Shown: one piece after another, positions 43,167 through 47,262 of the stretch
Position numbering within the stretch: the stretch's first letter is position 1
Layout of the letters: each line of letters opens with the position of its first letter
Source: Chrysochromulina tobinii
Lineage: Eukaryota
Assembly (NCBI GenBank): GCA_001275005.1
Contig: JWZX01003243.1
Span: 1-47,262, forward strand
DNA length: 47,262 bases
Reading direction: 5' to 3'
Program-made: the position numbers and the translations under genes
Notes under the pieces: model-generated
Seen by the model: the letters and a program-made list of their open reading frames with translations, nothing else
What the model was told of the DNA's origin: nothing
The model's database searches: none

Positions 43167-44633
43167 ATGGACGCCTCCCCGTCTCTCTGCTGCCTGACTG
43201 TGCCAGCTCAGCGCCAGCAACAGCGGCAGAGGGACATCACGAGGGCGGTTACAAAAGCACTTTTCTGGACGGAGAGCTACTACGACTCGAACCAGAATCG
43301 CTGGGTTGGCCGTGTACGCACGGCGGAGGCGCATCAGACGAAGTCCCCGTGAGTGGTCGCTACCTGCGCACTCGCAACCCATGCTCACGCAGCTCTGCCT
43401 CCTGCGCCCGTCGCGCCTTCGACTGACGCTCCGCTGCGCTCACCATCGCCTGCACGCAGGCGTACGCTCCAAGAGGGGTTACGCAACCCGACGGGCCTAG
43501 CCGTCGACTCGGTTGCCAAAAAGGTGTTCTGGACTGACTGGGGCAACAGCGCCATCACGCGCTGCGACCTCCTGCAAACAGACATGGCCTCCGCTACGAC
43601 TCGCACGATAGGCGATGGTTTGTTTGGCCGCCGAATGAACGACGGCCCATGGGGGCTCGCCATTGACCCGGCGACGGGCACCCTCGTGTGGAGTGAAGCG
43701 GGCGGCGCTGCGCTGCGATGTGCCGACTACGATGGCAGCAGCGTGAGCCTGCTCAGCGACGGCGATCGCAACAGCTGGAGCGCCACGGGCCCATGGGGTC
43801 TCGCGCTGCAGATGGGCCCTGCTGACGCAGCGGCCACCGCACCGTCAGCCGAGGACCGCTTGCCCTCTGGCAGCGCCGTCATGCGCGCCGCTCGTAGGGT
43901 CTTCTGGACGTCGTGGGGTCGCATTCAGAAATGCGACCTCAGCACGGGTCGCGTAGAGGACGTCGTGCGTGGACTAGTCGATCCGACAGGTTTGGTCTTT
44001 GACGAGCGCGAGGACGGGCGTCTCTTCTGGACCGACGCGAAGGCGGGCAAGGTGCAGTGCGCTGCCCTCGACGGCACGCGCGTATGCGACGTGGCCACCG
44101 GCCTCGACGAGCCTTTTGGTCTCGTGCTCGGGCCGACGCACCTGTTCTGGACCGACCGCCGCCGCGGGGCCATCCAGTCGTGCTGCCTGCGCACGGGCGC
44201 CGTGCGCGACGTGATTACGGGCCTGTGTGCGCCTGAGGGTATCGGTGCGCTCACCGAATCAGCTCCGCTCCGAGTGCCCGTCCGCTCATCTCGTGCGTCT
44301 GCGGACGCGACGGCGGTGGCTCGTCCGCAGCGGCGAAGGCAGCAGCCCCAGCCGTGGCGAAGGCAGCAGCCGCAGCAGTGGTGGATGCTGCAGCCGCACA
44401 CGCCGCAGCAGGACGCGCATGGTGAGCAAGGCAAGGAGCTGCTCCGCACACCGTCTGCGGCAGGAAATGCGCATTCGGTGGTGCGGAGCCGCTTGCGCGT
44501 CGCTGCAAATCCGGTTCGTGCCGCCGAGAGCTCGACACGGCCGCTCAGCGTGCAGGAGCTCATGAAGCGCAGCGCCTCGACGCTGCGCGAGATGCAGCAG
44601 CAGGAACGCCAGGAGGCGGGAGTGGGCATATGA
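43167..44633 (+). CDS. YWTD (LDL-receptor class B) beta-propeller protein; exons 43167-43348 and 43460-44633
   Basis: Repeats ALFWTES, PTGLAVD..VFWTDWG, PWGLAID..LVWSE, VFWTSWG, PTGL..LFWTDA, PFGL..LFWTDR; a phase-2 GT-AG intron links the 43167 ORF in frame. Confidence 0.85.
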
Positions 44634-44890
44634 GGTTCCGTTGTTATTAGGAAAGGCTCCGGCCCCTCGTCCAGGTGCGGTGGGACAAAGTTCACAGAGA
44701 GTGTATATTAAATAATTCCTGAAGATGCTTGACCTACTACACGCGGTAGCTCGGCCGGAAGCGTCAATCGAACACCAAGATCAGTGCGCGAAACCGGGAA
44801 CAGCGGACGACTACCGCTGCTGCAGAATACAACACGCACAGAATTCGGAAATTTTTGAGCTCACGTTTGTTAACAGCGAGTTCACAGCCA

Positions 44891-46324
44891 ATGTTTATAG
44901 TTCACACCCCCGTGACCGACGAGATGCTGGGTTCTCGCGTCACGACTGCGTCTGAGATGCTGCGGGCGTTCCATAGCAGCATTGATGGCCCGGCAAACGC
45001 AGAGGAGGCGCGGCGCTACCGCATCGTTCAGGGCGAGCGCATCTGCGGTTGGAGTTGCGATCCTTCTGGTCCGTATTACGAGCAGGACAAGCACCTCTGC
45101 CCTGCGGAGTGCAAGCCAGGATACCGGCTGAAGCCCGGCAAAGCCCGCTATGAGCGCATCGCCGACGTTTGTCACACGGACCCACCACCACTGCCACCGC
45201 CCAGCAGCCCTGGCTTGCGTGCGTCATGCAGCGACGACGCGACTGCAATCGCCAACGCAGGTGTGTGGATGCTGATTGGCGTGCAAACGGGCCCAACGCA
45301 CCGCGGCCGGCGCGATGGCATCCGGCGCTCGTGGAAGCGATGGGATCAGGACAACAGCGGCGTGCTCGTGTGCTTCCTCATCGGCCGTGTGGGCATCGCC
45401 GCTGAGGTGCTCGCGGAGCTCGGCGAGGAGGGCAAGGCGCACAATGACCTACTGTGGCTCGTGAACGCCACAGACGCCGGCGTCCCCACGATCAAGGGTT
45501 ACCATTGGTGGCGCGCGGCGAACCGGCTGCTGCCGCCGCCCGGCTCGACGCGCGGCATTCGAATCGCTGCCAAAGTCGACGACGACAGCTTTCTACACGT
45601 CGGCAACCTGATGGCCGACATGCGACGGCTGCACTGCGCCGAGTACCTGCACTACGGCTCCATAGGCTTCACGGGATACGACCCGTCCATTTGGAAGCTG
45701 TGCGGCTGGTCGTGGCAAACGCACGGTGCCAACTACCGCAAGAACCAGTGCGCCGACCATGGCGCGTACCCGCCATTCCCATTCATGAACGGCGTGCTCG
45801 AGCTGCTCTCAGCGCCTCTCGTGCGCTACGTCGCGACCTCTCCCGACGTCTTCGCCTTCGTCACGCGCGCCGAGCGAGCCGTCGAGGCGCGCAAGGCTGC
45901 CGGCTGGGGCATGAGCCCCAAGGGTGGCCAGCGCGGGCCGCGCGTCTGGCGTCAGAATGAGGATGTCGCCCTGGGCTTTTGGCTCAGCCGCGCAGAGCGG
46001 CGCGGTCTGTTCAACGTGACGTGGGTGCGCATCAATGACCGTGCGATGAACATGGCTTGCATCTCCACCAAGGGTATGTACCAGCGGCCTCGGAATGACA
46101 CGATCAGCGTCCACTTTCTGAAGCGGCCGGGCGGCCTCGAATACATTTGGGGTCTCCTGCACGATGGGGTGCCGCACTCGCCCCAGAATTGCTCGCGTTG
46201 GGTGTGGCACGATGCGTGCCGCAGCCCCAAGGATGCTGATACGGAATGGTGCCAGCGGCACCCAACCGATAAGCTGGATCCCAACTTCGACGCGAGTCCG
46301 CGGCGCGCTGAGGACAAACATTGA
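44891..46324 (+). CDS. Glycosyltransferase family 31 (beta-1,3-galactosyltransferase-like)
   Basis: IGVQT..RRDGIRRSW, FLIG, EGKAHNDL, AKVDDDSF, PFMNG, NEDVALGFWL. The 5' end is uncertain because no clear signal anchor is present. Confidence 0.88.
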   Translation: MFIVHTPVTDEMLGSRVTTASEMLRAFHSSIDGPANAEEARRYRIVQGERICGWSCDPSGPYYEQDKHLCPAECKPGYRLKPGKARYERIADVCHTDPPPLPPPSSPGLRASCSDDATAIANAGVWMLIGVQTGPTHRGRRDGIRRSWKRWDQDNSGVLVCFLIGRVGIAAEVLAELGEEGKAHNDLLWLVNATDAGVPTIKGYHWWRAANRLLPPPGSTRGIRIAAKVDDDSFLHVGNLMADMRRLHCAEYLHYGSIGFTGYDPSIWKLCGWSWQTHGANYRKNQCADHGAYPPFPFMNGVLELLSAPLVRYVATSPDVFAFVTRAERAVEARKAAGWGMSPKGGQRGPRVWRQNEDVALGFWLSRAERRGLFNVTWVRINDRAMNMACISTKGMYQRPRNDTISVHFLKRPGGLEYIWGLLHDGVPHSPQNCSRWVWHDACRSPKDADTEWCQRHPTDKLDPNFDASPRRAEDKH

Positions 46325-46580
46325 GGAGACTCTTAGGAGACTCTTACTCATACTTGTGGTGCGGAGCCGTCCGTTGCCGTCCGTTGAGGTGTGGTGAGCG
46401 CTTGCCGCGACACCCTGACTGACAGTGAGTGACATGGACTGACTGACTCGGTCAACTAAAATCCTGGGGACCCTGAAAACACTTACTTCTTAAACTGTCC
46501 TCTGTCGAGCTCGCGACGTCGCGGACTCTGAGTCGCGTCACTCTTCTCGCGACCAGCCGCGAGTTATCGCAATTCGTCTT

Positions 46581-46772
46581 CGCATACAGACGTGTTGCAT
46601 GCGAGGGTGAAACCAAGCGCGTCGCTTTCCGACAAATGAGTGAATGCGGGTCGTTATTAAAGCCTACACACGTTACTGATGCGTGTACCTCCGGCCCAAG
46701 CATGTACGAGGTCGGTACAGTACTCGTTTGACCGGTCCCAAACGCCCACGGCGGACTCTAACGGCGGGCGCG
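46581..46772. repeat. Dispersed repeat, copy B (same orientation as copy A)
   Basis: Matches 40927-41168 with short indels. Confidence 0.92.
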
Positions 46773-46910
46773 CGGCCCTCTCTCAAGGGCCGGCTAGCGA
46801 GCGTCGCCGTCCGCACGCCGCCAGCGCTCGCGCACGCGTCGCCGTGCCCGCGCTTGCTGCTGGGCGGGCTAAAAAGCGGGAAATAAATCCTAGACGTACA
46901 ATGCCGTGGT

Positions 46911-46985
46911 AGACGTGTTGCACGCCGGCGTGAAACGAGATCCGACAAAATTTTCGAACTCCCGCAATGCGGGACCCCACTCGAC
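46911..46985. repeat. Diverged partial copy C of the dispersed repeat
   Basis: gacgtgttgca..gtgaaac..tccgacaaa..aatgcggg matches the 5' part of copies A and B; gggaccccac also occurs at ~40871. Confidence 0.65.
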
Positions 46986-47108
46986 TTTTTCTCGCGGCCA
47001 CGCCGCGTTCAGATGCGTGAGTAATATTGAAGGTGAGCGTCCCGGACCTTGACGACTCATCCTTCGCCCCGTGCGGCTACCGTAACACCTCAATCACTCT
47101 AGAGGCTG

Positions 47109-47183
47109 ATGTCTACAGAGAAGGAAGATCAGCCTAGGGCTGCGCGGCGCGCCGAGGACGAGGCGCGCGTGCTTAGCTGCAAG
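47109..47183 (+). CDS. Probable first exon of a gene running off the window (MSTEKEDQPRAARRAEDEARVLSCK)
   Basis: ATG at 47109, 25 open codons, then a strong AAG|GTGAGT donor. Confidence 0.5.
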
Positions 47184-47262
47184 GTGAGTGAGGCGAGTAG
47201 GAAGCACCAGTCCGAGACGTATCCGAGACGGATCAGGGCAGAACAATCAAACCAAGCCGCAT

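Noticed and set aside
46600..46700. Hammerhead ribozyme in the dispersed repeat (GAAAC...GTC...CTGATG)
   Set aside because: The core is CTGATGC/CTGATGG rather than CTGANGA, and the required stems are not kept in both copies.
47113..47150. U6 snRNA-like ACAGAGAAG box
   Set aside because: The rest of U6 is missing, and the sequence reads as an ATG-initiated exon ending in a GTGAGT donor.

Overview
GC-rich, gene-dense eukaryotic nuclear DNA with short GT-AG introns. It is most likely a haptophyte-type alga; that is an inference from composition, intron motifs and bipartite plastid-type leaders. About 24 protein-coding genes, many in tight head-to-head pairs. Recognisable genes: USP47/USP7-like deubiquitinase, AspRS with an N-terminal Dpy-30/RIIa-like module, an FHA-BRCT-UBA-TDP1 fusion, GRASP55/65, GSKIP-like, Yae1-like, MCM10, a HAD-fold protein, PI4K-IIIbeta, a double-length pseudo-dimeric TyrRS, ShKT prolyl-4-hydroxylase, SEC24C/D, a tandem acylphosphatase-like protein, a frameshifted cyclin, a YWTD propeller and a GT31. 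No rRNA, tRNA or CRISPR was seen. The best leads are: (i) an intron in the TDP1 gene built from two 40-nt modules with 7-bp terminal inverted repeats plus duplicated exon sequence, suggesting an intron-generating element with a recursive AG|GT junction; (ii) a structured ~200-240 bp dispersed repeat that brackets a four-gene block; (iii) unusual domain fusions. All family calls come from motif recognition only; no database search was run.
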